Source: a virus
Lineage: Duplodnaviria; Caudoviricetes
Reading direction: 5' to 3' (one strand)
DNA: 64,000 nucleotides
IMG/VR virus record: IMGVR_UViG_3300037424_001630
Coordinates: 13,533 to 77,532 of that record
The notes under the pieces were generated by a model. The model was not told the origin of the DNA and made no database searches. It saw only the letters and a program-made list of their open reading frames with translations. Below, in pieces: positions 53,535 to 62,636 of the stretch. Each line of letters begins with the position of its first letter. The stretch's first letter is position 1. A program made the translations under genes and the position numbers.

Positions 53535-54553
53535 TGGCGCGCCAAGGTCCGGTGGTCGATCTCGACAGGTTCCTCCGCTCGGTAGTCCAGGTCCGCAACG
53601 AGGGCGGCGGGCACGACTACGACGGCGGGATCCGGACGTTCGACTGTCCCTTCTGTGGCGACGCCAAGGGGCGCGGGTGGCTCGGCGTGACCGGGTGGGG
53701 GGCTGGCTGCTGGAACTCCGGGTGTGACGCCGAGCCGTCCCTCCCCGGTGGTGCGATCGAGTGGGCGCGCAGCGTGCTCGGCCTGAGGTCGCGCGCGGAG
53801 ACGTGGCAGCGCCTCGTGCGGGACTTCGGCTCCGCTACAGTGGTCCCGCACGCCCCCGCACCGCGCAACGCGGACTTCTGCCGCATCCCACCCGCGGCTA
53901 GGTCGTTCACCTACGGGTCGCCGATGCAGATCGCGTTCGAGCGCTTCGCGTGGCTGCAGTGGGGACTTCACTTCAGGGACCTCGTGCGCTGGGGACTCTT
54001 GTGGTGCCCCCACGGGCGCTACGCGTTCCGCATCGTGATCCCCGTCGTCATGGGGGGAGCGGTCGTCGGCTTCCAAGCTCGCACGATCAGGAGGGGCGTC
54101 GAGCCGAAGTACCTCACGTCCAGCCACGGGCCCGAGTCGGACCCGGAGGCGGAGTGCGGGCGACCCGCCGCGGCGCTCCTCTTCAACGCGGACGGACTGA
54201 GGGAGGGGCGGGACGCCCTGCTCGTCGAGGGCGCGGGCGACGTGATGGCGTGGGAGCGGCGTGGGACGGGTATCCCGGCTGTCGCATCCCTCGGAGTCGC
54301 GCTCACTCCGGCGAAGATCGCCATGCTCCGCACTGCTAGGTTGTCGCGCGCGATTGTTGCTCTCGACGCGGAGCCAGCGGCTCAGGCGAGAGCGGAGCTG
54401 TTCGTTGACGATCTCCGTGCAGAGCGGGTCGTGGCGATCCTCGGCAGGTGGGTCGGCGGCAAGGACGCGGGCTCCGGAGCCGCGCTCTGGGTTGACGAAG
54501 GGGAACGGGGCTCCTTGCAACTTAGCGAATTTGTAGAGAAAAATCGTGCTTGA
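53534..54553 (+). CDS. DNA primase (Zn finger + Toprim)
   Basis: CPFC...CWNSGC; IVIPV...VGFQAR; LVEGAGDVM; IVALDAE. Confidence 0.9.
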   Translation: MARQGPVVDLDRFLRSVVQVRNEGGGHDYDGGIRTFDCPFCGDAKGRGWLGVTGWGAGCWNSGCDAEPSLPGGAIEWARSVLGLRSRAETWQRLVRDFGSATVVPHAPAPRNADFCRIPPAARSFTYGSPMQIAFERFAWLQWGLHFRDLVRWGLLWCPHGRYAFRIVIPVVMGGAVVGFQARTIRRGVEPKYLTSSHGPESDPEAECGRPAAALLFNADGLREGRDALLVEGAGDVMAWERRGTGIPAVASLGVALTPAKIAMLRTARLSRAIVALDAEPAAQARAELFVDDLRAERVVAILGRWVGGKDAGSGAALWVDEGERGSLQLSEFVEKNRA

Positions 54554-54578
54554 CACGTACTTGGGGTGGGCGTAGTAT
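54550..54578 (+). promoter_or_regulatory. sigma70-type early promoter
   Basis: TTGACA (54550-54555), 17 bp, TAGTAT (54573-54578). Confidence 0.85.
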
Positions 54579-54626
54579 TAAAACTGTTCAACAGTGAAGT
54601 GAACCCCAACAGAAGGAGCGGAAACC

Positions 54627-55679
54627 ATGGCGCACGAGATCAGCATCAACGCGCAGGGCAAGGCAGAGATCGCGTACAGCGGCGAGACTCCGTGGCACGG
54701 GCTGGGCACGCGGGTCGAAGGATTGCAGACGGCGCAGGACATCATCAAGGCGGCGGGGCTGGAGTGGTCGGTGGGGCTGGAGCCCGTCTCGCTGTCGAGC
54801 TCGTCGCCCTTCGCTGACATCGAGGGCTACCGCGCCATCGTGCGGCAGGACAACCGGAAGGTGTTCGGCATCACCAGCGACCGCTACGTGCCGATCCAGA
54901 ACGTCCAGGCAGCGGACGTGCTCGACGCTCTGGTGACGGAGGGCGGCGCCCACGTGGAGGTGGCCGGCGCGCTCTTCGAGGGTCGGCGGTGCTGGGCGCT
55001 CGCGCACATCCCCCAGGACTTCGAGGTGGTCCGGGGCGACCTGGTGAAACCCTACGTCCTGCTCGCCTGGGGACACGACGGCAAGCACGGGCTCGCGGCG
55101 AAGCTGACCCCCATCCGGGTGGTCTGCAACAACACGCTCACCGCGGCGGGACTCGGCGGCGGGCAGAAGTGGAGCGAGAGCGCGGACGTGTACGTGCGCC
55201 ACACGGGTGACGCGAAGATTCACGTCGAGGCGGCGCAGAAGGCGCTCGGGCTCGTGCGCAAGCAGGTGGCGCAGACGGCGGAGGCGTACCTGGCTCTGGC
55301 GGGCAGGGGGCTGGGAGTCGTCGAGGCCAAGGACTACTTCGCCGGCGTGTTCCCGGTCCCGGACGAGTCCATCGTGTTGGGACCCAAGGACGAGGAGCCG
55401 AACGCCAGCGTCCACGCCGAGCTCTACGAGGCGAAGCTGGCGCGCTGGAACGAGCACCAGGCGAAGCTGCTCGCGCTCTACGAGCAGGGTGCCGGGCACT
55501 CCTTCGCGGCCGGGACCGCCTGGGGCGCCTACAACGCGGTCACGGAGTGGGCCGACCACGTGTACCCCGTGAAGGCGAACGGCGAGGTGTCGGCGACCCG
55601 CCAGCAGTCGGTGCTCTTCGGGCAGTACGCGGAGATCAAGGGTCGGGCGCTGACCTCGGCCCTCGCGCTGGTCGGATAG
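54627..55679 (+). CDS. DUF932 family phage/plasmid protein
   Basis: AYSGETPWHGLG...PIQN...AGAL.EGRR...HDGK...TPIRVVCNNT...RHT...TAWGAYNAVTEWADH. Confidence 0.92.
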   Translation: MAHEISINAQGKAEIAYSGETPWHGLGTRVEGLQTAQDIIKAAGLEWSVGLEPVSLSSSSPFADIEGYRAIVRQDNRKVFGITSDRYVPIQNVQAADVLDALVTEGGAHVEVAGALFEGRRCWALAHIPQDFEVVRGDLVKPYVLLAWGHDGKHGLAAKLTPIRVVCNNTLTAAGLGGGQKWSESADVYVRHTGDAKIHVEAAQKALGLVRKQVAQTAEAYLALAGRGLGVVEAKDYFAGVFPVPDESIVLGPKDEEPNASVHAELYEAKLARWNEHQAKLLALYEQGAGHSFAAGTAWGAYNAVTEWADHVYPVKANGEVSATRQQSVLFGQYAEIKGRALTSALALVG

Positions 55680-55691
55680 GTTCGGTGAGGG

Positions 55692-55710
55692 CGGCGCCCC
55701 CGGGGCGCCG
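55692..55710. repeat. perfect palindrome / hairpin after DUF932
   Basis: CGGCGCCCC-C-GGGGCGCCG. Confidence 0.6.
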
Positions 55711-55760
55711 TAAACCGCAGGCCGGGTCCCAAGCCCCGGCGGAGGAGGAGGAGGAGCGAC

Positions 55761-56177
55761 ATGGTCGAAAAGGTGGAGCGCCCAACTTGTTCTAAGACGG
55801 TGTTCCGGGGGTCCAGCTGGCGTACCAAGTGCTCGAACGGCGCCGTCGTCGAGCGGTCCGTCGTGACTCTCGGACCATCGGCGCAGCGCTACAACGAGGA
55901 GACCTTCGAGTTCGTCGATGGTCCCCCCGCGAGGAGAACGGTCACGAGGTGGTTCTGCGGCGTGCACGACCCGGAGAGGGTGTCGGCGCGAGAGGTGGAG
56001 AAGCAGGCGAAGTGGGTGGCGGAGCGTGAGCGGGTGGACCGGATCTGCGCGTCCACCAGGGACCTCTGCGTGCGCCTCGGCTGCGGGCACGTCCACTTCA
56101 GTCCGCACGGCGTGACCGGCAACGTCGTCCTCGAGCGGCACGACGTCGAGAAGATCCTCAAGGAGCTGGGGCGGTGA
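55761..56177 (+). CDS. hypothetical Cys/His-containing early protein
   Basis: SD GGAGGAGG; C...C...FCGVHDP. Confidence 0.7.
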   Translation: MVEKVERPTCSKTVFRGSSWRTKCSNGAVVERSVVTLGPSAQRYNEETFEFVDGPPARRTVTRWFCGVHDPERVSAREVEKQAKWVAERERVDRICASTRDLCVRLGCGHVHFSPHGVTGNVVLERHDVEKILKELGR

Positions 56178-56557
56178 AGCACGAGGTCGCGGTCAAGCGC
56201 GAGGCGCCGAGCCTCTACTGCCACCAGTGCCGCACGTGGGTCGAGTCGCAGGAGAAGGTCAACCTGTTCGCGTCCGTCGACGGCGCGAGGAAGCACGTGG
56301 GAGTGTGGACGTGCCCGCCGTGCCGGGGAGAGACCGGACCCGCCGCTGTCGTGACGTCTGCGCGAGCCCCGAAGACCCAGGCGGACGTCTCGAAGGACGA
56401 GCGCCTGGGGCCCTACCGCTCAGTCCAGCCGGGGACGGCTGTGTTGAGCGCGAGCGGCAAGTCGTCCCGCGTCGTGCTGGAGTGCGGCCACAAGGTCAGC
56501 GTGCTCCCATCCATGGACCGGGCTCGCTGCCGCAAGTGCCGGGGGAAGTCATGCTGA
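56174..56557 (+). CDS. multi zinc-ribbon protein
   Basis: CHQC, CPPC, LECGH...CRKC. Confidence 0.65.
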   Translation: MKHEVAVKREAPSLYCHQCRTWVESQEKVNLFASVDGARKHVGVWTCPPCRGETGPAAVVTSARAPKTQADVSKDERLGPYRSVQPGTAVLSASGKSSRVVLECGHKVSVLPSMDRARCRKCRGKSC

Positions 56558-56832
56558 CCCGCGTCGACGTGAAGAAGATCCTGGCCGATTCGGCGAAGCG
56601 CGAGATTCTACTCCGGGGGGCGGTCGCGTTCATCCGCTCCGTCGAGCGGATCGGAACGGAGAAAGATGTCGTGATCTGTCCCCGGTGCGGTCGCGAGGTC
56701 CACCCGTGGTCGCTCCGCCGCGCCGACGTGTGTTCCCCGGATGGCTGGGTGTACTGCATCCGGACGTTCGAGGGCATCGAGGCGGCGAATGCTCGCGCGG
56801 CGGCGCGGGCGAAGGCCGGGGGGGCGGCATGA
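56551..56832 (+). CDS. small zinc-binding protein
   Basis: ATG 56551; CPRC...CSPDGWVYC. Confidence 0.6.
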   Translation: MLTRVDVKKILADSAKREILLRGAVAFIRSVERIGTEKDVVICPRCGREVHPWSLRRADVCSPDGWVYCIRTFEGIEAANARAAARAKAGGAA

Positions 56833-57242
56833 TCCGCTGGGTCAGGAAGGACCGCCGCGCGTACGCCCACTCCTACTGCAAGCTGTGCGGCGCCGCGGGA
56901 GGGTGCGGACCCGAGGGCTGCACGACCATGACGTGCCTGTGGTGCGGCACGCCGCAGTGCTCGGTCAACGGGCTGGGGCACGGGGCTTGTGCCATCTGCC
57001 ACTACGGGTTCCTGGAGGGGTGGAGCCGGAGCGAGGCGGGGCAGCCGTGCTCGTACAAGGGTTGCAAGGAGCCGGCCGTCGGCCGGTTCCCGCACAAGGG
57101 TCGGGCGTGTGCCGCGCATGGGGCGCGGATCCTCGACCGGCGGGGGCAGGAGAGTCGGCGCGGTCTGGACGGCGCGAGCTACCTGGAGCAGTGCCTAACC
57201 GCCCGGTCGGCGTACTGGGAAGTCGTCGAAGTTCAGCGATAG
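56829..57242 (+). CDS. Cys-rich protein
   Basis: ATGA coupling; at least 12 Cys (CKLC, CLWC, CAIC, CSYKGC, CAAH). Confidence 0.65.
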   Translation: MIRWVRKDRRAYAHSYCKLCGAAGGCGPEGCTTMTCLWCGTPQCSVNGLGHGACAICHYGFLEGWSRSEAGQPCSYKGCKEPAVGRFPHKGRACAAHGARILDRRGQESRRGLDGASYLEQCLTARSAYWEVVEVQR

Positions 57243-57266
57243 CACTACTGGAGAGAGGAGAGCATT

Positions 57267-57941
57267 ATGGACGTTATGGACGTGACCGGGTTGTGGATGG
57301 GGGCGGCAATCCCCGCTGTCGGGACGGAGGTGATCCTCCACGCGTCGCCGGGGGTGGCGTACGCGGGCTCGTTGGAGAGCTTCAGCGCTGTCTCTGGTGG
57401 GTGTGTCGACATCGCAGTCCGCGACCGCAGAGGACAGCTCGTCGGACCAGTCAGGTGCCGGGCGCCGATTCTATACCCCGACGAACCACGATTGGGCACG
57501 CACGCGCAGCGGGAGCGGTCGCAGTTGCGGCGCGAGCGAGTCGCCGCCGCCATCGGCGAGTGGGATGGGCTCACGTCCTACCTAGCTACCGTTCACGTCT
57601 TCATCGAGATTTGTACGCTTCCGGAAACGGACGCGCTCGTCAGGGATATCTACGTCGAGCTGACCGGGGAGTCTCTCGTTGACGGCTCGCCCGGGTATAC
57701 CATCTTCAAGTCGACTGTCGTCGGAACAAGGTGGGGGACGAAGTGGGTCGCGTCGTTCTTATCCCCCCCGCCGCACGTCCCGATTCCCGAGTTCGACTCG
57801 CGCTCGGGGCTCGGCGGGGTGGTCAGGCTCCGCGCGTGTCGCCCCGGCGTCTCACAGGTGAACAGCGTCGATTACGTCAAGCACCTGCTCGCGAACGGGT
57901 TCAGGGTGGGGAACAACGCCCCGAGGGAGGGTGACCAGTGA
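57267..57941 (+). CDS. hypothetical protein
   Basis: SD GAGGAG; 224 aa. Confidence 0.65.
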   Translation: MDVMDVTGLWMGAAIPAVGTEVILHASPGVAYAGSLESFSAVSGGCVDIAVRDRRGQLVGPVRCRAPILYPDEPRLGTHAQRERSQLRRERVAAAIGEWDGLTSYLATVHVFIEICTLPETDALVRDIYVELTGESLVDGSPGYTIFKSTVVGTRWGTKWVASFLSPPPHVPIPEFDSRSGLGGVVRLRACRPGVSQVNSVDYVKHLLANGFRVGNNAPREGDQ

Positions 57942-58141
57942 GCCGCCGCGATGTCGTGAGGTTCCCTACAAACTTCGGGCCGCCGACCGGCACGCGGGGG
58001 CGGGTGCACTACCCAGGCCGGCGCCGCGCGAAGGTGAGGCCGCCGGGGCAGAAGAGGCGGACCGGCCCGCAGCACACCGCCAAGGACATTCGTGCCCGGC
58101 GCAGGGCGAGTCGCGCCGCGGGCAAGGCGCGCCGGCGGTGA
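57938..58141 (+). CDS. small Arg-rich basic protein
   Basis: GTGA couplings on both sides. Confidence 0.5.
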   Translation: MSRRDVVRFPTNFGPPTGTRGRVHYPGRRRAKVRPPGQKRRTGPQHTAKDIRARRRASRAAGKARRR

Positions 58142-58359
58142 AGAAGTCGCTCAAGCGGCGGGTCGGAGGTTTTCCGAAGAGGCTCCCCTGCCTCGTGTGC
58201 GGGCGCCCTCGGACGGCGTCGTGGCCCGGGGGGCGGATACACAGGCGGTGCCGGGTCGTGTGGTTCGGCCCCTCGCCTATTCTCGAGACGCCTGGCGCCG
58301 ACAGGTGCCCGGCCAGGAGGGACGACGATGACGACCGCTTTGGCGACAGTTACGATTGA
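58138..58359 (+). CDS. small zinc-binding protein
   Basis: CLVC...HRRC. Confidence 0.5.
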   Translation: MKKSLKRRVGGFPKRLPCLVCGRPRTASWPGGRIHRRCRVVWFGPSPILETPGADRCPARRDDDDDRFGDSYD

Positions 58360-59296
58360 GGAGTACGTCGAGTCAATGGCCCCGTGGATCAACAACGTCA
58401 TCGCCGACAAGGCGCGCCCCGGGCACGCGATACACGGGCGCGACGACCTCCTGCAGGAGGCGAAGCTCACACTCGTCAAGGTCTGGAACAAGTACAGCGG
58501 CGCGCTTTCGGAGCACGACCTTCGCCGCTGCGGCACCCGGGCGATGTACTACCATTTCATCAAGATGCTGCAGAAGAGCAAGTCGCGCGGTCGCGCCTCC
58601 GCGGTCCTGGTCACACTCGACGGCCGCTCCGCCGACTGGAAGTCCTGTGAGCACCGCCAGGACGCCCTCGCCGGGCTCATCATCCGGGAGGAGATAGGTG
58701 ACGTGGTGTCCGCTCCAGCCGCCGCCGCCCTGCTCGCCGAGGACGCGGGGATGTCCGCTAACCAGGTCGCCGCGGCTCGGGCGCTCTTCGGGACGGGCGG
58801 GTCCTCCGCCGTTGGCAGGAAAGTACGCCGGAGGCTCTACCGGGACGGATATGTACGAGTAGATGTGGAAAACAACCGACACGCCGAGGGGGGCGCCATG
58901 GAAACGCTGACGAAGGGACCGATGGATCCGGACGACGAGGTGTTCAGCCCTGACAAGGGGGACGCTGCGCCTCCTCCGGAGCTGGCTCAACTGTTGACGA
59001 TCCCGCCTGCGCAGCGCGTCAGACGCGCTCGGGCCTCTGCGAAGAAGAAGTCGCTCCGGCCGCGCCCGCCGGTGGCGGAGGCGGTCCCGTTCCCCTTCGC
59101 GCCGGGGGAGAAGGTCACGTACCTGGGGGGTGGCCGGGCGCTCTGGCTCCAGCCGGGCGCGGAGCTCGTGGTCAAGGGTCCGTGGACCCATCCGAGCGGT
59201 CGTCTGTACGCCAGCTGCCGGTCCGTCGCGGAGAAGCGGGCGGTGGTGATCTCGACCGCGCTCCTCTCCGCGCTGGCTCAGGGCGTCCCGGAGTGA
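58328..59296 (+). CDS. sigma70-family region-2 protein with C-terminal extension
   Basis: DDLLQEAKLTLVKVWNKY...AMYYHFIKMLQK resembles sigma region 2; no clear region-4 HTH. Confidence 0.65.
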   Translation: MTTALATVTIEEYVESMAPWINNVIADKARPGHAIHGRDDLLQEAKLTLVKVWNKYSGALSEHDLRRCGTRAMYYHFIKMLQKSKSRGRASAVLVTLDGRSADWKSCEHRQDALAGLIIREEIGDVVSAPAAAALLAEDAGMSANQVAAARALFGTGGSSAVGRKVRRRLYRDGYVRVDVENNRHAEGGAMETLTKGPMDPDDEVFSPDKGDAAPPPELAQLLTIPPAQRVRRARASAKKKSLRPRPPVAEAVPFPFAPGEKVTYLGGGRALWLQPGAELVVKGPWTHPSGRLYASCRSVAEKRAVVISTALLSALAQGVPE

Positions 59297-60054
59297 CGCT
59301 GCCAGTGTTCCCGTGCGCTCCTGGGCCGCCCCAGGAGCGCGTTGACGTCTCCGTGAGGGTATACGGGAGCCTGGGGGCGGCCACCCCGTTCCTGGCGGCG
59401 CTGGCGCGCTCCAGGGCGCCGTGGGTGTTCGACATCGAGACGTACGACGCCGCGGCGTTCCCGAGCCGCAAGAACGTGGCGGTCGACCCGCACCACCCGG
59501 ACTTCCGCGTCCGCGGGTGCGCGGTCGCGTGGTCGTCGGTGGACGGCGCGTGGCTGGAGTTCGGCACGCAGGAGGAGCGGCAACAGGATAGCGTAAATTC
59601 TCTGGACGGGGACGGCGTTGACGCGCTCCGCGACGCGTTCGGGTCCGACGCCGAGAAGGGGGCGTTCAACGGCGGCTTCGACGAGAACGGGCTGGTGTAT
59701 CCCGGCTGGGTGCCGCGGGTGCGCAACCGGACCCGGGACGGGATGCTCGCGATGACGGCTCTCGGAGACGGGACTCACGAGCGGCTGACCCTCCAGCACG
59801 CGACCGCCGTGCTGCTCCGCCGCGCGGAGCACTGGGTGGGCGCGGACAAGGGGCTCATGAGGGATCTCCCGCTCGCCGAGGTCGCCGAGGGGTCGGTGCG
59901 CGACGCTTGCAACACGTACGCGCTGTGCGACATGCTCGACGCCTGGGCTGAGGAGGAGAGGCACATCGAGTGGTCCAGGATACCTCGAGTCCAGGAAGGC
60001 GCCCCGCGGTGCGACCTGTGGGAAGGGGGGGCAGGAGTCGATGAGTACGTCTAA
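59293..60054 (+). CDS. DNA polymerase A 3'-5' exonuclease domain (split gene, part 1)
   Basis: ExoI VFDIET, ExoII FNGGFD, DGML, ExoIII-like VRDACNT. Confidence 0.85.
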   Translation: MTLPVFPCAPGPPQERVDVSVRVYGSLGAATPFLAALARSRAPWVFDIETYDAAAFPSRKNVAVDPHHPDFRVRGCAVAWSSVDGAWLEFGTQEERQQDSVNSLDGDGVDALRDAFGSDAEKGAFNGGFDENGLVYPGWVPRVRNRTRDGMLAMTALGDGTHERLTLQHATAVLLRRAEHWVGADKGLMRDLPLAEVAEGSVRDACNTYALCDMLDAWAEEERHIEWSRIPRVQEGAPRCDLWEGGAGVDEYV

Positions 60055-60547
60055 GAAGAAGCGCAGGAAAGCGTTGTTCTCCGGGCTGGAGTGGGCTGGG
60101 GTGGAGCGGGAGATCGCGTCCCCCGACGAGGTCAGCGTCAAGCACACGAACCCGAAGGACGCCGCCGCCAGCACGCGCATCGACCTGAGCCTGTTCCCGG
60201 CGTCCGCCCGCGCCTACGGGGCTCTCGCCATGGTCGAGGGCGATCTGAAGTACGGCGGGTTTAACTACCGGGAGATGGGGGTGCTGGCGAGCGTCTACTA
60301 CGCCGCCGGCTCGCGCCACCTCGACAAGTGGTTCAACGGCGAGGACGCGGACCCGAAGACGCTGGTCCCGCACCTGGCGAGCGCTCTCGCGTGCGTCGCC
60401 GTCCTGATTGACGCCGTCGAGCAGGGGAACATCAACGACGACCGCCCTCCGCGGCAAGGGGTCGGCGTATACGACCGCTTCGAGGCGAACGTGGCGCACC
60501 TGCAGAAGATTTTCCCGCGCCGGGCGGCGAGGTATCGGGAGAAATGA
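60041..60547 (+). CDS. dATP/dGTP diphosphohydrolase-like (DUF5664)
   Basis: NPKD...DLSLFP...AMVEG..KYG.FNYR...S.YY.A..RHL..W..GED.D...PHLASA. Confidence 0.85.
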   Translation: MSTSKKKRRKALFSGLEWAGVEREIASPDEVSVKHTNPKDAAASTRIDLSLFPASARAYGALAMVEGDLKYGGFNYREMGVLASVYYAAGSRHLDKWFNGEDADPKTLVPHLASALACVAVLIDAVEQGNINDDRPPRQGVGVYDRFEANVAHLQKIFPRRAARYREK

Positions 60548-60972
60548 GCAGCGTACTCAAGGAATGGGTCGCTCTGGCTCCGTGGAAGTGCCAGAGCATC
60601 CTCCTATCAGGGCTCCGCGGTCCCGACACGTCTCTGTGCCCTCGGGTGAAGGAGGTCTCTCGGTGGATCCGGAAGGTGTCGCAGAACGACGCCGACCCGA
60701 GCCAGAGCTACATGGCTCCCGCCAAGCTGCCGGAGCCGGAGGACTTGGAGAAGGAGCTGGAGTTCTCGACGTGCCACTTCGTCCACCACTTCGCCGACGC
60801 CCTGCGCGTGGTCTCCATCTATTATTTTGCTGGCACCTGGGACGACACTCACGGGGTTCGGAAGTACGCGCGCCGGGTCCACGACTATATCGCCGACGAG
60901 CTGTTTCACTTCGTGCCTGAGAGCGACTTTGTCTTTAGGGATCGCCACCGGGACAGGGTCGAGCACCAGTGA
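60544..60972 (+). CDS. conserved phage hypothetical protein
   Basis: SVL..WV...Q..LL.GLRGPD...RWIR...HFVHH; coupled on both sides. Confidence 0.7.
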   Translation: MSSVLKEWVALAPWKCQSILLSGLRGPDTSLCPRVKEVSRWIRKVSQNDADPSQSYMAPAKLPEPEDLEKELEFSTCHFVHHFADALRVVSIYYFAGTWDDTHGVRKYARRVHDYIADELFHFVPESDFVFRDRHRDRVEHQ

Positions 60973-62582
60973 AAGTCGCCGACTACATGCGCGACGTCCT
61001 GGTGCCGGCGAACGTGGCCGTCTCCGCGATCCAGCGCAACGGGCTCCCGATCGACCTCGCCCACCTGCGCGCGACCCGCGAGGCGTGGGAGGGGGAGATC
61101 AGGGACATGGAGCGGATGGTCGAGGGCGAGGCCGCTCGCGTCGGGACGCCGTTCAAGTACTCGGCGGACCACGGGGTGCACCCGCCGTACATCGCCAAGT
61201 TCCTATTCGAGGGCCTGGGGCTGGACCCCGCCGGCCCGGACGGCAAGTCGAAGAAGTCGCCGAAGACGGGCCGGCTGTCGACGGACGCCGAGTCCCTGGC
61301 GATGCACGCGTCGGTGAAGGTGCCGCGCCCGGGCGACCACCCGGTAGTCTCGGCGATCCTGAAGATCCGGTCGCTCGCGAAGGGGGTCGGGACGTACCTG
61401 GACGCGTTCGAGCGGTCGGTGCGTCCGGACGGCCGTTGCCATCCGAAGTACAACTGGGCGCTGCGGACCGCCCGCCTGTCCGCGGAGGACCCGCCCGTCC
61501 ACCAGATCCCCGAGCACTCCGACCAGGTCGTCGCCGACGGCGTCAAGGCGTGCATCGTCCCCCGCGTGAGCCCTGCCCCCGACCGCGACTCGTGGGATCC
61601 GAGGGTGCACGGCTCCGTCGGGCGCTGGGACATCGTCGGGGCAGAAGCCAGCGTTCGAGCCGCCATGCTGACCGACCACTGGGGCGTGCGCGACCCGGTG
61701 GCGTGGGAGTACCTCCGGCAGGGGAAGGACATCCACTCTAAGACCGCGAGCCTGCTCTACGGCGTCCCCGAGGGGACGTACAAGAAGGGCAGCCGCGAGC
61801 GCGACGCCGTCGCCAAGCCGATCTTCTTCGCCAAGCAGTTCGGCGCCAAGTGGAGGCTGGTCCAGCACCAGATGTGGGACGACGCGCGCGTGTGGATCCC
61901 CGACGACGAGATTCGCCAGATGGACGACAGGTTCAACGCCGGGTACACCGGGCTCGTCGAGCTCTACGCGATTGACAAGATCCTCCTCGGCGAGCGGATG
62001 GACTCCGAGGGGCTGAGCTGGTGCGACGACCCGTATGGGCGCCGCCGGGCGATCCAGGTGCCCCGCGCCGCTGTGGCGCGCTTCCGCAACGGCCGGTGGA
62101 ACGAGGAGTACATACAGGACTACGCGCTGCAGAAGGCGCTGAACCACGCCTTCCACGTGGCCGCCAACACGCCGACGCAGAGCTGCAACGCGTCGGACGC
62201 GGCGTGGATGCTCGCGCTGTGTCACCTGGGGGAGTACGTCGAGCTCCGAGTCCCCCCGATGTGGGAGCGCGGCGGGATACCGTTCCCGGAGGCGGCCGAT
62301 TGGCAGCTCGACGGGGGACCTGGTCCCGGCGGGAAGCCGTTCCAGGCGTGGATGACGAACACGGTCCACGACTCGGGGTGGTTCGACTGCGCCCCCGGCC
62401 ACTGGCTCGAGGCCGCCGCGAAGGTGTTCTGGCGGCGCTGCCAGGCCGTCCCCCTGGACTGGCGTCTGGAGGCTGACGTGCCGTACCGCATAGAGCTGAA
62501 GGTGGGTCCCGACCAGGCGCACCTGCGCCCGTACAACTCGGTGGCGAAGATTTTTGGACTAGAACCAGTACCCGAGCGCTAG
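60969..62582 (+). CDS. polA: family A DNA polymerase, polymerase domain (split gene, part 2)
   Basis: GRLSTD, TARLSAEDPPVHQIP, motif A DIVGAE, DIH, motif B AKPIFFAKQFG, ANTPTQS, motif C VHDS. Confidence 0.9.
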   Translation: MKVADYMRDVLVPANVAVSAIQRNGLPIDLAHLRATREAWEGEIRDMERMVEGEAARVGTPFKYSADHGVHPPYIAKFLFEGLGLDPAGPDGKSKKSPKTGRLSTDAESLAMHASVKVPRPGDHPVVSAILKIRSLAKGVGTYLDAFERSVRPDGRCHPKYNWALRTARLSAEDPPVHQIPEHSDQVVADGVKACIVPRVSPAPDRDSWDPRVHGSVGRWDIVGAEASVRAAMLTDHWGVRDPVAWEYLRQGKDIHSKTASLLYGVPEGTYKKGSRERDAVAKPIFFAKQFGAKWRLVQHQMWDDARVWIPDDEIRQMDDRFNAGYTGLVELYAIDKILLGERMDSEGLSWCDDPYGRRRAIQVPRAAVARFRNGRWNEEYIQDYALQKALNHAFHVAANTPTQSCNASDAAWMLALCHLGEYVELRVPPMWERGGIPFPEAADWQLDGGPGPGGKPFQAWMTNTVHDSGWFDCAPGHWLEAAAKVFWRRCQAVPLDWRLEADVPYRIELKVGPDQAHLRPYNSVAKIFGLEPVPER

Positions 62583-62636
62583 GGGGATATGAAGGTCATG
62601 GCGATCAAGACAGGCGGTTCCGACGCGAAGCTTCCT

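Noticed and set aside
60041-60547. Calling this a Z-genome phage
   Set aside because: No PurZ-like gene in the window; DUF5664 alone is not sufficient.
60054-60969. Group I intron or intein explaining the split polymerase
   Set aside because: The interval is filled by two ordinary coupled genes; no homing nuclease, splice or intein motifs.
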